From contig JAHLWP010000014.1 in the NCBI GenBank assembly GCA_019057865.1, forward strand, positions 23,462 through 87,461: a stretch of 64,000 nt of DNA. The letters run 5' to 3'. Every line of letters starts with the position of its first letter. Within the stretch, counting starts at the first letter, position 1. This document shows, piece after piece, positions 1 to 9,900 of this stretch. The notes beneath the pieces were generated by a model. That model was not told the origin of the DNA and made no database searches. It saw only the letters and a program-made list of their open reading frames with translations. Position numbers and translations under genes: made by a program. The stretch comes from Promethearchaeota archaeon (GTDB lineage: Archaea; Asgardarchaeota; Lokiarchaeia; Sigyniarchaeales; SOKP01).

Positions 1-3000
1 ATGATTTTCAATTTCCTGCTTTTATTAATTCTTATTAATTTCAGTTTGAAATTTGGGGTAAAAATAGCAAAAGTAAAAGAAGAAACCTATAAAAAGGCTA
101 TGAGTGTTTTATCTTATCCAATATTTTTGTTACTTTTAGCTTTAATTTTCTCTATATTTTATGCTTCCTTTCAATTTCTACTTTTAATCGACAACATAAT
201 TCTTTCATCATTTCTTACCTTAATTATTACATGTGTCTTAATAAATTGTTTTTCTAAAATAGAATTCTTATTTACAAGAGCTATATCCATCAATGTTAAT
301 TTGTTAACCCTATTACTCAGCTCAATCTATTTATTTTACTATTTAAGGTTGTTATCTTTGATTTTAGGAACTTTTTATCTATTTACATTTCCCGTAATAA
401 TTACGTGCTCATTTTTTTATCTTCCAATAATGTATTCATTAAAGAAAAATATAGCGCCAAAATTAACAAAAACAGCATTAGTATATAATGGCATATTTTT
501 ATCTGTATTTCTGGCCCTCATTCCAACATTCATTTATTTAGAATTAATTAATCTAGGATATAGAGTTAATATTATCACAGTATTTAATGTTATCAATTTT
601 ACTCTTTATATTCTCTTTGGAATTCTACTCATTTACCGCTTTAAAATAAGAGAAAATCTTAAGAGAATTATTTTAATATCTGCACTTTTAATTGCTTTTC
701 TTTTAACTGGAACAACTGTATTTTTTTACTTTTTTATAATATTTTATGAGACTTCATTTAGATTTTTATTACCATTAATGATAGCATCCTCTTACTTCTT
801 CATCCCTACTACTTACTCTTATAGAAAAAGACTTATGAAGGAATCTATAGGGAAGAAAATCTTAACTTATAACATCTTACTATTATCTGGGTTGATATTA
901 TGTATTCCAACATTCATCTATCTAGAATTAATTAATCTAGGATTACCTGTTGATATTATCACAGTTATTACTGATATCAATTTTACTCTTTATACTCTCT
1001 TTGGAATTTTAATCATTATAAACTTTAAAGTAAGAGAAAATCTTAAAATATTTATTTTAAAATTGGAAGTTTTAATTGCCACCCTTTTAACTGGAACAAC
1101 AGTATTCTTTTACTTTTTTATAATTTTCTATGAGACTTCATTTAGATTTTTGTTACCATTAATGCTAGCATCCTCTTACTTCTTCATACCTAGTACTTAC
1201 TCTTATAGAAAAAGACTTTTGAAAGAGTCTATTGGGAAGAAAATCTTAACCTATAACACTTTGTTATTATCTGGATTGATATTATGTATTCCAACATTCA
1301 TTTATTTAGAATTAATTAATCTAGGATTACCTGTGAACGTTATCACACTTATCACAGATGTCAATTTTACTCTTTATACTCTCTTTGGAATTTTAATTAT
1401 TATAAACTTCAAAATAAGAGAAAATCTTAAAAGATTTATTTTAAAATTGGAAGTTTTAGTTGCTACCCTTTTAACTGGGACGACTGTATTTTTTTACTTT
1501 TTTATAGTTTTCTATGACACCCTATTCAGATTTTTGTTACCATTAATGCTAGCATCCATATACTTCTTCATACCTAGTACTTACTCTTATAGAAAAGGAC
1601 TTCTAAAGGAATCTATAGGGAAAAAAAGCTTAATTTATAATAGTGTATTTTTATCTGGAATAATTTTATGCGTTCCAACTCCAATGGGTTTACAAATAGA
1701 ACGAATGGGTTTAAGCGTTGATTACATTCTCATCTTAATTTTTACAATCTTCATTTTATTTGTCATTTTAAGGATTTTTGATTCAATGGCTGAAAATTTT
1801 AAATTAAAAGAGATCTACATCAAAGCTTTAAGATTTCTTCAGATCTTTGTTTGGTTAATCTTCTCCTTTTTTATATCACTTGAGATTATACTATTAGGTT
1901 TAACACAATCTCTTCTTACAATAAGACTTTTAATAATAAGCTGTTCTATTTTAACTTTCTTTATTATTAATACTTATACTTTAAAATTACTTCAACTCTA
2001 TTCAAAAGAATTAACTTTCCTTAGATATCTAAAAGATACTTTATACTATGGTCTAATTTTTTCTCCATCATTAGTGATTTTTTCTTTAATACAGTTAAGC
2101 GAAGTTTTAAAATATTTACCTACAGAAATGCAACCTTTCAATCTGTTTTGGTATCTCGGTTTCTTTTTCCTGATAGTATTTATATCATTTAAGTTTAGCA
2201 GTGCTTTAATAAAAGCCGAATTTCCTAAATTACAGAGGAATATTGAATTTGTATCGTGGCTAATTGCTAAAGTTTGTATCTGCTTTTTTATATCCTTTAT
2301 TCTTACCTACTTTTTATCATTAGTTCAGTTTTCAGTTTTTAATCTAACAATTACTTTCATTCTAATTGTTTCACTATTATCCCCTATTACTTTTTCCTAT
2401 TTCGAGAAATTTGAGTTAGTTTCTGAAGAATATCGATTCTTTATCAAAAGATTCACTGTAATTCTATTTATTACTGACATTTTAAGTTTTATATCGTATT
2501 CATGGCTTTTTAATAATCCTATTTATGGTCAATTTAATTTGATTCTTACAGCTACATTAACATTAAGTCTTACTGGATTAGCCTATGTTTTATTATTTTA
2601 TAAATCACGATTACCATTAAGAAGAATTTCTTTCTTTATAGTTTTACCATGCATTGTTATCAGCTTTCCTATTTTCTTATATTTCTTTATTAGTGTGTCT
2701 CTTTCCATACCATTTGGAGATATGTTTCCATTAATCATAGCTATTGATGTTGGAATTTTTCTTTTCTATTTATCTATTGGAATATATCAGTGGAAATTTT
2801 CTTGGGCAATTTGGAGGACAGGATGGTATGCCTGGTTTATTGTACCTTTTGTTAATTTTTATCTATTATATAGAAGTCTTAAAGGTGTCGATATAGCTAC
2901 AAGTGCTATAGATTTTTTTGGATATGAAATAAATGGATCATTTCTTCTCACTACTGTGATCTTTTTTCTATTTTTCTTACCTATTGCATATACAAAAATT

Positions 3001-6000
3001 AAGATATATTTCTATCAAATTTTACTCATTATTTGGGGCATAAACCTAGCTTTACTTTATTGGATTAGTCAAAATCTATTTCTGACTAATTTCTTATTAA
3101 GATATTTGGTATTTGCTCTTTTTGCAGCCGTTTTATTAGCGCCCCTGTTCTATAAATTGAAATTTTGGAAAACAATCTCGTTCGTATGGCTAATCCTTAT
3201 AGCAATTAATGCAAATTTTTTAATTTTCTTTCTATTATCATTAAAAATCCCTTTAGACATTGCGATTTCAATTGATATTTTCGCCATTGCCATGTTGGTT
3301 TTAATTTTATCATTTTTTCCTGCTTTTAAATCAATAAAAAATCTCGTTATCATTAGTTCTTACATAACAGCGATAATTGGGATTTTTCTAACAATTTATT
3401 TTATATTGTTTCATATAATCTTAGATCCAATTTTTGCTTTAAATATAACTTTTATATTTGTTGGATTTAGTTTATTTTCTTCTAAATATATTAAACCAAT
3501 TAAACGATTAACAGACATGATATCTTCTTGGATTCTAATATTTGGTATTTCATGGTTAACTTTTAATTCATTTAATTTGCTGCCTAATCTACTATTTTTT
3601 GCTATATTTCTAGCAATTGCTGTGTGGGGCGGTTCTTTTTATGTTTTTAATTACTATAAAATGAAAATTCATATCCACAAAATAATTCCCTTTTCAGCGG
3701 TATCATTTGGTATTTCTTCTGCTGTTTCTTCCTTTCTGGTCATATTTCTGCCAGAAAATCCATTTTTTATAGCTAGTATTTTTGTATTGATTTCTCTGTT
3801 ATTCGTTTACTATCCGTTAGGCAATTATAGATTATATTTATGGTATTTGTTTCCCTTACCGTTGACATTTATTTTTCAGGAATTATTCTTAATGATTGAT
3901 TTTATTCAATCTTCCCTCTTTTTAGCAATTTTAATATTTTTGGTTGATTATTTGATAATGTACCAACTAATAATGAATATTTCAAATTCTCACTATGAAG
4001 AAGCTAAAATAAAAGGAGAGAATACTTTATCGTATTTTTTCAAAGATAAGAATCAAATTAAATTACAAAATCTAATCTGCTTTATAATAAATTCAATTTA
4101 TTTTTCAATACTCATATCAGTTATTAGTGCAAATATATTTAAACAAGTATTATTCAGAGATTTAATATTAGTTTATCAGATTCTTAATATTCTGATCATT
4201 CTACCCTTTCTTCTATTATTTTGCATAAAATATATTATAAAATCAGAACTTGAATTAAAAGTTAAAAATATATTAATTTATATTCACAAAATAAGTTATT
4301 TTATATATTTAATTGTCCCATTGGCAACAGCTTTTAATCTTTTCTTATTAATGCTTAAATTAGATGTTACTCTAACAAATTCTCTTTATTTATTCTTAAT
4401 AATCTTAAGTGGAATGTTATTTACTGAATTATTTATTTTTGATAATCGATATTTTTATTACTTATTCGTTGCTGCTCGGAATAAGTTAATGTTTTGGTCA
4501 TGGGTGATATTCGGTAATTTCTCTTGCATTTTCCTTTATTTCTTCCATTTAGATGAATATATTTTAATATTATCATTCTCTCTGGTAAATTTAATTGATT
4601 CTTACTTCATTTCATATTTTAATATCAAAAACGAAAATTTAGCATCAATAATACACTTAATACTAATCTATAATTCATTTATATGGGTTTCATTTTACAT
4701 TTCTTCTCTAATATCTAACGGAATAGTATTAATTCTTGAAGAAGTGCGTGGGATACCCTCACTTTTATTATTCATTCAAAATTCAATATTATTTCTATTT
4801 ATATTTAGTTTTTTCATAAGAAAAGCTAAAGAAAAGATAAAAATTACTATAAAACTCCTATTAATAGCCGGTTTTCATATAATTTTTGCCATAAATTGGA
4901 TTGTTATATTTTCAGTATTCAATATTTTAGATCTTTTCACAATTTATTTTACCATTTTAATTGAAACATGCATATCATTTATTACAGTCAAATTAATGGA
5001 TAGTTTAGTTAAAAAAGAAAAGTTTCCTAACTTTCTAACGAAATCTAATTCTTTAATTGTATTTTTATTATATCTTGAAACAAGTTTAATGGTTTATGGA
5101 CTTGCAATTGAATTTTTAGGATTTTTCGAAAGTATTTCTCTGTCTCAATTGACTTTATTTATTTTAACTTCATTTGATATATATTTTCTAAAAAAAATAA
5201 GAGAAACTTATGGAAGATTAATTCACACAATTAGTTATTTTATACTCTCCTTATCAACTCTTTTAATCCTAAACCAGTTTGTAAAATTTAATCCCCTTCT
5301 AATTAGTATAGAAGTCTTTATCTTTTTAATTATGCAATTTTATACAAATCATTCACTTTTTCTTTCTTTATCTCACTTTTATCCTGATAAAGCAGAAACC
5401 TTTAAACGCCATAAACTTAAAACACATCATTCTTTAGGGATATTTTTATACGTTTCTGTACTATTAATTATAATTCAATCTCTTCTTATAATCGGAGTTG
5501 AAATTTCTTTACTCATTCTTATAACAAGTCTTTTTCTCCACGGATTAATGATTCTTGATGCTTATCAATTAAAACTTTTAGGAAAGCTTTCAATATACCT
5601 TAAAGGAATTTCTTGGCTTTTATTTAAAATATTTTTTGCCATAAATTGGATTGTTATATTTTCAGTATTCAATATTTTAAATCTTTTCACAATTTATTTT
5701 CTCATTTTAATTGAAACATGTTTAACATTTATTACAATCAAATATTTGGATGGGTTATTTAAAGAAGGAAAATTTCCTAACTTTCTAACGAAATCTAATT
5801 CTTTAATTATCTTTTTATTATATCTTGAGACAAGTGTAATGATTTATGGACTTGCAATTGAATTTTTAGGATTTTTCGAAAGTATTTTTATATCTCAATT
5901 AACTTTATTTATTTTAACTTCATTTGATATCTATTTTCTAAAAAAAATAAGAGAAAGTTATGGAAGACTAGTTCACACAATTAGTTATTTTATACTCTCC

Positions 6001-7587
6001 TTAACAACTCTTTTAATCTTAAACCAATTTGTAAAAATTAATCCCCTTCTAATGAGTATAGAAGTCTTTATCTTTTTAATTATGCAATTTTATACAAATC
6101 ATTCACTTTTTCTTTCTTTATCTCACTTTTATCCTGATAAAGCAGAAACCTTTAAACGCCATAAACTTAAAACACATCATTCTTTAGGGATATTTTTATA
6201 CGTTTCTGTACTATTAATTATAATTCAATCTCTTCTTATAATCGGAGTTGAAATTTCTTTACTCATTCTTATAACAAGTCTTTTTCTCCACGGATTAATG
6301 ATTCTTGATGCTTATCAATTAAAACTTTTAGGAAAGCTTTCCATATACCTTAAAGGAATTTCTTGGCTATTATTTATCTTCTTTTCAAATTTTTATTTAT
6401 TATCGATTTATCTAACTTATTTATCTGACATTTTGATTTCTTCTATTCCGCCTTTAATTTTGCTCTTTATCATAGAACTTTTCTATTTAATTAAATTGGT
6501 TGAATTTTTGCCGAAACTGAGCTCAAATAAAGATAAAATTAGAAAAAGTTTGCTTCTTATATTATGTTTTGATTTTATAATTTGGCCTTTATTTTTCTTA
6601 GGATTCAATTTAATTCTTAATATTACTCTATTCCTAATTTCATTTTATGTTCTAGTCATAATCTCTTATATTGATGAAAGAATATCTCATATTTTTGAAG
6701 AGAAATTCTTAAAAAAGCTTAGATTTACTACTTCCTTCATAATTCTAATAATATTAATAGTTGATATTTTTCTTTGGTTACATCTCTCATTTAATCTTTC
6801 TCTCCCACTAAATACCTGTATTTCCCTTTTAATCTTTTCAATATTTAACATTGGATTACTTAAGCCATTTAAAAGAGCTCCTAATTTTTCCTTTGCTTAT
6901 GGGGGGTTTATCTCTTTATTAATAAGTTTGATAATTTATTTTGCAACCTCTCAAACGTTAACAAGTATTGTTCTCTTTCCTATAATGCTTACTTTTTATC
7001 TCTTTATATTTATGCTTGAAGTTTTAAAGACATTTTTTAATAAACTTTTAGACCTTTTAATACATTTTTTCAGTCGATTAAAAAAATTTATAAAATATAT
7101 TGGTATCAAGATTTTCAATTTTTTAAAATTACATTATAAAATTATCTGGGTCTCATTTAGTTTATTTCTTGCAGTTTCAATTGGCATTCTTTTATCTCCA
7201 TTGCAACTAAATTATTTAAATTGGTATCATTCTGTTTTTGTTATGCTTGGACTTTTTGGTCTACTTTCTTTATTTTTACCTTCTAAAAAAACAGAAGATG
7301 TTGATTTGATGTTCAAACATAGAATGAGAAAACTAATTACCTCATGGATAACAGTGATCGCAATATTATTCCTGTTTATTCCTGATCCTGTTTGGTACAT
7401 AATTGCTTTTTGGATATCTATTTGGATTTTGGGAATAATTCTATTACCTTATGTTATTTATAAAGAAAGAAAAGATAATATTTCAGTCAAGTGGAGATTT
7501 TATACACTAATTATTATCCTAACAGCTATTATTCTCGTAGGAATACCTGCTATATTTAGTATCTTAATAGAATTTAATGTAATTTGA
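1..7587 (+). CDS. Giant polytopic membrane protein with internal tandem repeats (probably continues upstream of the window)
   Basis: 2528-aa ORF made almost entirely of hydrophobic helices; the frame is open from base 1, so the true start may lie upstream. Confidence 0.85.
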   Translation: MIFNFLLLLILINFSLKFGVKIAKVKEETYKKAMSVLSYPIFLLLLALIFSIFYASFQFLLLIDNIILSSFLTLIITCVLINCFSKIEFLFTRAISINVNLLTLLLSSIYLFYYLRLLSLILGTFYLFTFPVIITCSFFYLPIMYSLKKNIAPKLTKTALVYNGIFLSVFLALIPTFIYLELINLGYRVNIITVFNVINFTLYILFGILLIYRFKIRENLKRIILISALLIAFLLTGTTVFFYFFIIFYETSFRFLLPLMIASSYFFIPTTYSYRKRLMKESIGKKILTYNILLLSGLILCIPTFIYLELINLGLPVDIITVITDINFTLYTLFGILIIINFKVRENLKIFILKLEVLIATLLTGTTVFFYFFIIFYETSFRFLLPLMLASSYFFIPSTYSYRKRLLKESIGKKILTYNTLLLSGLILCIPTFIYLELINLGLPVNVITLITDVNFTLYTLFGILIIINFKIRENLKRFILKLEVLVATLLTGTTVFFYFFIVFYDTLFRFLLPLMLASIYFFIPSTYSYRKGLLKESIGKKSLIYNSVFLSGIILCVPTPMGLQIERMGLSVDYILILIFTIFILFVILRIFDSMAENFKLKEIYIKALRFLQIFVWLIFSFFISLEIILLGLTQSLLTIRLLIISCSILTFFIINTYTLKLLQLYSKELTFLRYLKDTLYYGLIFSPSLVIFSLIQLSEVLKYLPTEMQPFNLFWYLGFFFLIVFISFKFSSALIKAEFPKLQRNIEFVSWLIAKVCICFFISFILTYFLSLVQFSVFNLTITFILIVSLLSPITFSYFEKFELVSEEYRFFIKRFTVILFITDILSFISYSWLFNNPIYGQFNLILTATLTLSLTGLAYVLLFYKSRLPLRRISFFIVLPCIVISFPIFLYFFISVSLSIPFGDMFPLIIAIDVGIFLFYLSIGIYQWKFSWAIWRTGWYAWFIVPFVNFYLLYRSLKGVDIATSAIDFFGYEINGSFLLTTVIFFLFFLPIAYTKIKIYFYQILLIIWGINLALLYWISQNLFLTNFLLRYLVFALFAAVLLAPLFYKLKFWKTISFVWLILIAINANFLIFFLLSLKIPLDIAISIDIFAIAMLVLILSFFPAFKSIKNLVIISSYITAIIGIFLTIYFILFHIILDPIFALNITFIFVGFSLFSSKYIKPIKRLTDMISSWILIFGISWLTFNSFNLLPNLLFFAIFLAIAVWGGSFYVFNYYKMKIHIHKIIPFSAVSFGISSAVSSFLVIFLPENPFFIASIFVLISLLFVYYPLGNYRLYLWYLFPLPLTFIFQELFLMIDFIQSSLFLAILIFLVDYLIMYQLIMNISNSHYEEAKIKGENTLSYFFKDKNQIKLQNLICFIINSIYFSILISVISANIFKQVLFRDLILVYQILNILIILPFLLLFCIKYIIKSELELKVKNILIYIHKISYFIYLIVPLATAFNLFLLMLKLDVTLTNSLYLFLIILSGMLFTELFIFDNRYFYYLFVAARNKLMFWSWVIFGNFSCIFLYFFHLDEYILILSFSLVNLIDSYFISYFNIKNENLASIIHLILIYNSFIWVSFYISSLISNGIVLILEEVRGIPSLLLFIQNSILFLFIFSFFIRKAKEKIKITIKLLLIAGFHIIFAINWIVIFSVFNILDLFTIYFTILIETCISFITVKLMDSLVKKEKFPNFLTKSNSLIVFLLYLETSLMVYGLAIEFLGFFESISLSQLTLFILTSFDIYFLKKIRETYGRLIHTISYFILSLSTLLILNQFVKFNPLLISIEVFIFLIMQFYTNHSLFLSLSHFYPDKAETFKRHKLKTHHSLGIFLYVSVLLIIIQSLLIIGVEISLLILITSLFLHGLMILDAYQLKLLGKLSIYLKGISWLLFKIFFAINWIVIFSVFNILNLFTIYFLILIETCLTFITIKYLDGLFKEGKFPNFLTKSNSLIIFLLYLETSVMIYGLAIEFLGFFESIFISQLTLFILTSFDIYFLKKIRESYGRLVHTISYFILSLTTLLILNQFVKINPLLMSIEVFIFLIMQFYTNHSLFLSLSHFYPDKAETFKRHKLKTHHSLGIFLYVSVLLIIIQSLLIIGVEISLLILITSLFLHGLMILDAYQLKLLGKLSIYLKGISWLLFIFFSNFYLLSIYLTYLSDILISSIPPLILLFIIELFYLIKLVEFLPKLSSNKDKIRKSLLLILCFDFIIWPLFFLGFNLILNITLFLISFYVLVIISYIDERISHIFEEKFLKKLRFTTSFIILIILIVDIFLWLHLSFNLSLPLNTCISLLIFSIFNIGLLKPFKRAPNFSFAYGGFISLLISLIIYFATSQTLTSIVLFPIMLTFYLFIFMLEVLKTFFNKLLDLLIHFFSRLKKFIKYIGIKIFNFLKLHYKIIWVSFSLFLAVSIGILLSPLQLNYLNWYHSVFVMLGLFGLLSLFLPSKKTEDVDLMFKHRMRKLITSWITVIAILFLFIPDPVWYIIAFWISIWILGIILLPYVIYKERKDNISVKWRFYTLIIILTAIILVGIPAIFSILIEFNVI
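521..1680 (+). repeat. Three tandem 384-bp (128-aa) intragenic repeats
   Basis: Anchor TTCCAAC recurs at 521, 905, 1289 and 1673; the IPTFIYLELINLG...TGTTVFFYFF...YSYRK peptide is repeated. Confidence 0.9.
4883..6370 (+). repeat. Tandem 750-bp (250-aa) intragenic duplication
   Basis: TTTTTGCCATAAATTGG at 4883 and 5633; about 5305-5591 is identical to 6055-6341. Confidence 0.9.
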
Positions 7588-7734
7588 ATTAAAGGGTTTT
7601 GATTTTCCTTAAATTCCTTCTTTCTTCAAATAGAAAAGTGACTAATAATTTTTGCTAGATATAAACACTAATTAAAAAAGAATTAAAAAAAAAAGTAAAT
7701 TTTAGATAAGTATTTTCTACTTTTGTTGCCTTTA

Positions 7735-9339
7735 TTACGATTTCCTTTTAATTATCGATATAACTAATGCTACTGCACCAAGAGCAAGAAGAGCAATTCC
7801 AGGGATCATTAATCCATATAATAGTCCATCTGCTAATGTATAGGCGTCAGTTGGCAAATCATATTTCTCTTGTGCGAGATATGGTGTAACATCATCTCTG
7901 AATTTAGGTAGCCAGTCCATGATCATTAACATTTCAGCATCTGTTAGCATAATACCTGCCTTTATAGCAACATAGTTGGAATCATTAACTTTTGTCTTAT
8001 ACCATTTTGCAAGACCATCGTCATTGACTAGAGATAGTGTATTAGTTTCAGTAAAAAGAAGTACTGCTGATGTAACTGACATACCGGTAGGAGTAGGTAC
8101 ACCTACCTCCCAACCCTTACCTTTATTGGGTATAGTAAGATCAAGACCAGTTGGATACCAAGATCCATTAGCCCATTGTGGCAAGAAAAATTTGACATTT
8201 GTCAATTCCCACATTGTTAATCCTTCAAAGGCTAGAACCACAACTGGAACCACATTAGGCTTGAAAACGGTAAATAGCCAGGTAGCAACTAATCCTAACT
8301 GAGTAGGAGTAAGGCCAGTAAAAGCACTTACTATTGCTATAGCTTCAGGACCACCAGGATTCTGAGCAGCTGCTGCCCATGCCAAAATTCCACCTGCTAA
8401 GTCATCATTTGTGAACGCCAAAAGGTTTGTATCATTAAAAAGTTCTTTAGCTATACCTAACGGAATACCTGTTGGAGTTGGTATGCCTGCTTCTAACCCA
8501 AAAACAGGTTCTGTTATTATGTCACTTAATTGACTAAGGTCAAGTCCAGTTGGTGCCAACTGTAAAGTATCGTTAGCCCATTGCCCATAAAACAATTTTT
8601 CAGCAACTTCTTCTACAGAAGTACCTAGGGAAAGATAGTAACCATAGACTACAACTCCAATCATATAGGTTGATAAATAATCTGCCATCGCAGAAAGTTG
8701 TAACCAATTTGCTCCATAACCAGCTATCATTGAAGCATTTACCCCTGGAACTGAAGTAGCTGCAGCTTGATACGCTTCAAGAAAGTATAAAACTCCAAAT
8801 CCAAAGTCAGTATCCATCATAATGCCTGGAATAGTCTTGTTATATAGTGGGGACGTTATAGTAGCACCAGTTATCATTAACGCTTGTTGAGCTGTTGGTG
8901 TAAAGCTAAGGTTGCCCAACATCCCACCCATAAAGTACTCTGATACACCCTTAAGGTTTAAAAATCCCATGGTAGTAGTGTTGTATGTAGGATCATTAAA
9001 GAAATATTCAAGAGCAGTAACTAAATCAGGGAAAAATCCAAACCCAACAGACGCATAAACAGTTCCATTTATTATATTGGCAGCTGTGCTTCCATTAACT
9101 ATAGCAGGTAATGCAGCATCCGCTTCTTCTTTAATCCCAAGAATAACTTCAGGAATCGCCAGAGTCGCTACTGTGTCTTCTGCATCCTCAATAACACCCT
9201 CTTGAATTTCTAATAACCCCTCACCAACTCCCTCGCGAACCTCGGTGCGAAGATAGTCACTTGCAAATATTCCAGTTGGTACCGCTATTGCGCCAAGAAC
9301 TAGAAGTACAATCCCAATAATACTAGTTTTCTTCGACAT
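7735..9339 (-). CDS. Membrane-anchored ectodomain protein (N- and C-terminal TM helices, internal repeat)
   Basis: Hydrophobic ends; many N-x-S/T sequons; repeated motif QWAN...PTGLDL...G(L/W)E(A/V)G(I/V)PTPTG. Confidence 0.75.
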   Translation of the reverse strand: MSKKTSIIGIVLLVLGAIAVPTGIFASDYLRTEVREGVGEGLLEIQEGVIEDAEDTVATLAIPEVILGIKEEADAALPAIVNGSTAANIINGTVYASVGFGFFPDLVTALEYFFNDPTYNTTTMGFLNLKGVSEYFMGGMLGNLSFTPTAQQALMITGATITSPLYNKTIPGIMMDTDFGFGVLYFLEAYQAAATSVPGVNASMIAGYGANWLQLSAMADYLSTYMIGVVVYGYYLSLGTSVEEVAEKLFYGQWANDTLQLAPTGLDLSQLSDIITEPVFGLEAGIPTPTGIPLGIAKELFNDTNLLAFTNDDLAGGILAWAAAAQNPGGPEAIAIVSAFTGLTPTQLGLVATWLFTVFKPNVVPVVVLAFEGLTMWELTNVKFFLPQWANGSWYPTGLDLTIPNKGKGWEVGVPTPTGMSVTSAVLLFTETNTLSLVNDDGLAKWYKTKVNDSNYVAIKAGIMLTDAEMLMIMDWLPKFRDDVTPYLAQEKYDLPTDAYTLADGLLYGLMIPGIALLALGAVALVISIIKRKS

Positions 9340-9347
9340 AAATTTTT

Positions 9348-9423
9348 ATCACTTTTTTATTAGATTTTACATTGATCAATTTACTATTTTATTTAACTAT
9401 TATTTAAACATTTACACTTTTTC
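9348..9423 (-). promoter_or_regulatory. Left copy of the 76-bp inverted duplicated promoter/5' leader
   Basis: Reverse complement matches 9818-9893 at 74/76 nt; contains a TTTAAATA TATA-like box and the ATTGATCAAT palindrome; ends 8 nt before the ATG at 9339. Confidence 0.8.
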
Positions 9424-9817
9424 AAAAATTAATTACTAAATTTTGTCGTATTACATCCCTATCTTAAGATTAAATATTTGGGTTTTTGATGCTAACTAAT
9501 ACCTTCATTATTGAATTTTCCTTATAAGTACGTTAAATTCTTTCTTGACCTTTATTTTCGAAATTAAGAGTAAATTATTGATTCCACCCAGATGTTTTCT
9601 TAAAAAAACAAGATTTATCACCTTTAGATTATAGATTTGATTAAATAAATTGGAATTTTCATTTTCTTTGTTCTTTCAAATAACAATATTCTTAGAATTA
9701 ACTTAAAGAGAGTAATTTCATATGAGAGATTAGCAACATTGATTTAAAAAAGAAAAATTAATGAGCTTTAAATTTAATTGTATTATTTATTTGATGAGAT
9801 TTTAAAATTTTAATTTC

Positions 9818-9893
9818 GAAAAAGTGTAAATGTTTAAATAATAGTTAAATAAAATAGTAAATTGATCAATGAAAAATCTAATATAAAAGTGAT
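9818..9893 (+). promoter_or_regulatory. Right copy of the 76-bp inverted duplicated promoter/5' leader
   Basis: Inverted copy of 9348-9423; ends 7 nt before the ATG at 9901. Confidence 0.8.
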
Positions 9894-9900
9894 TTATAAA

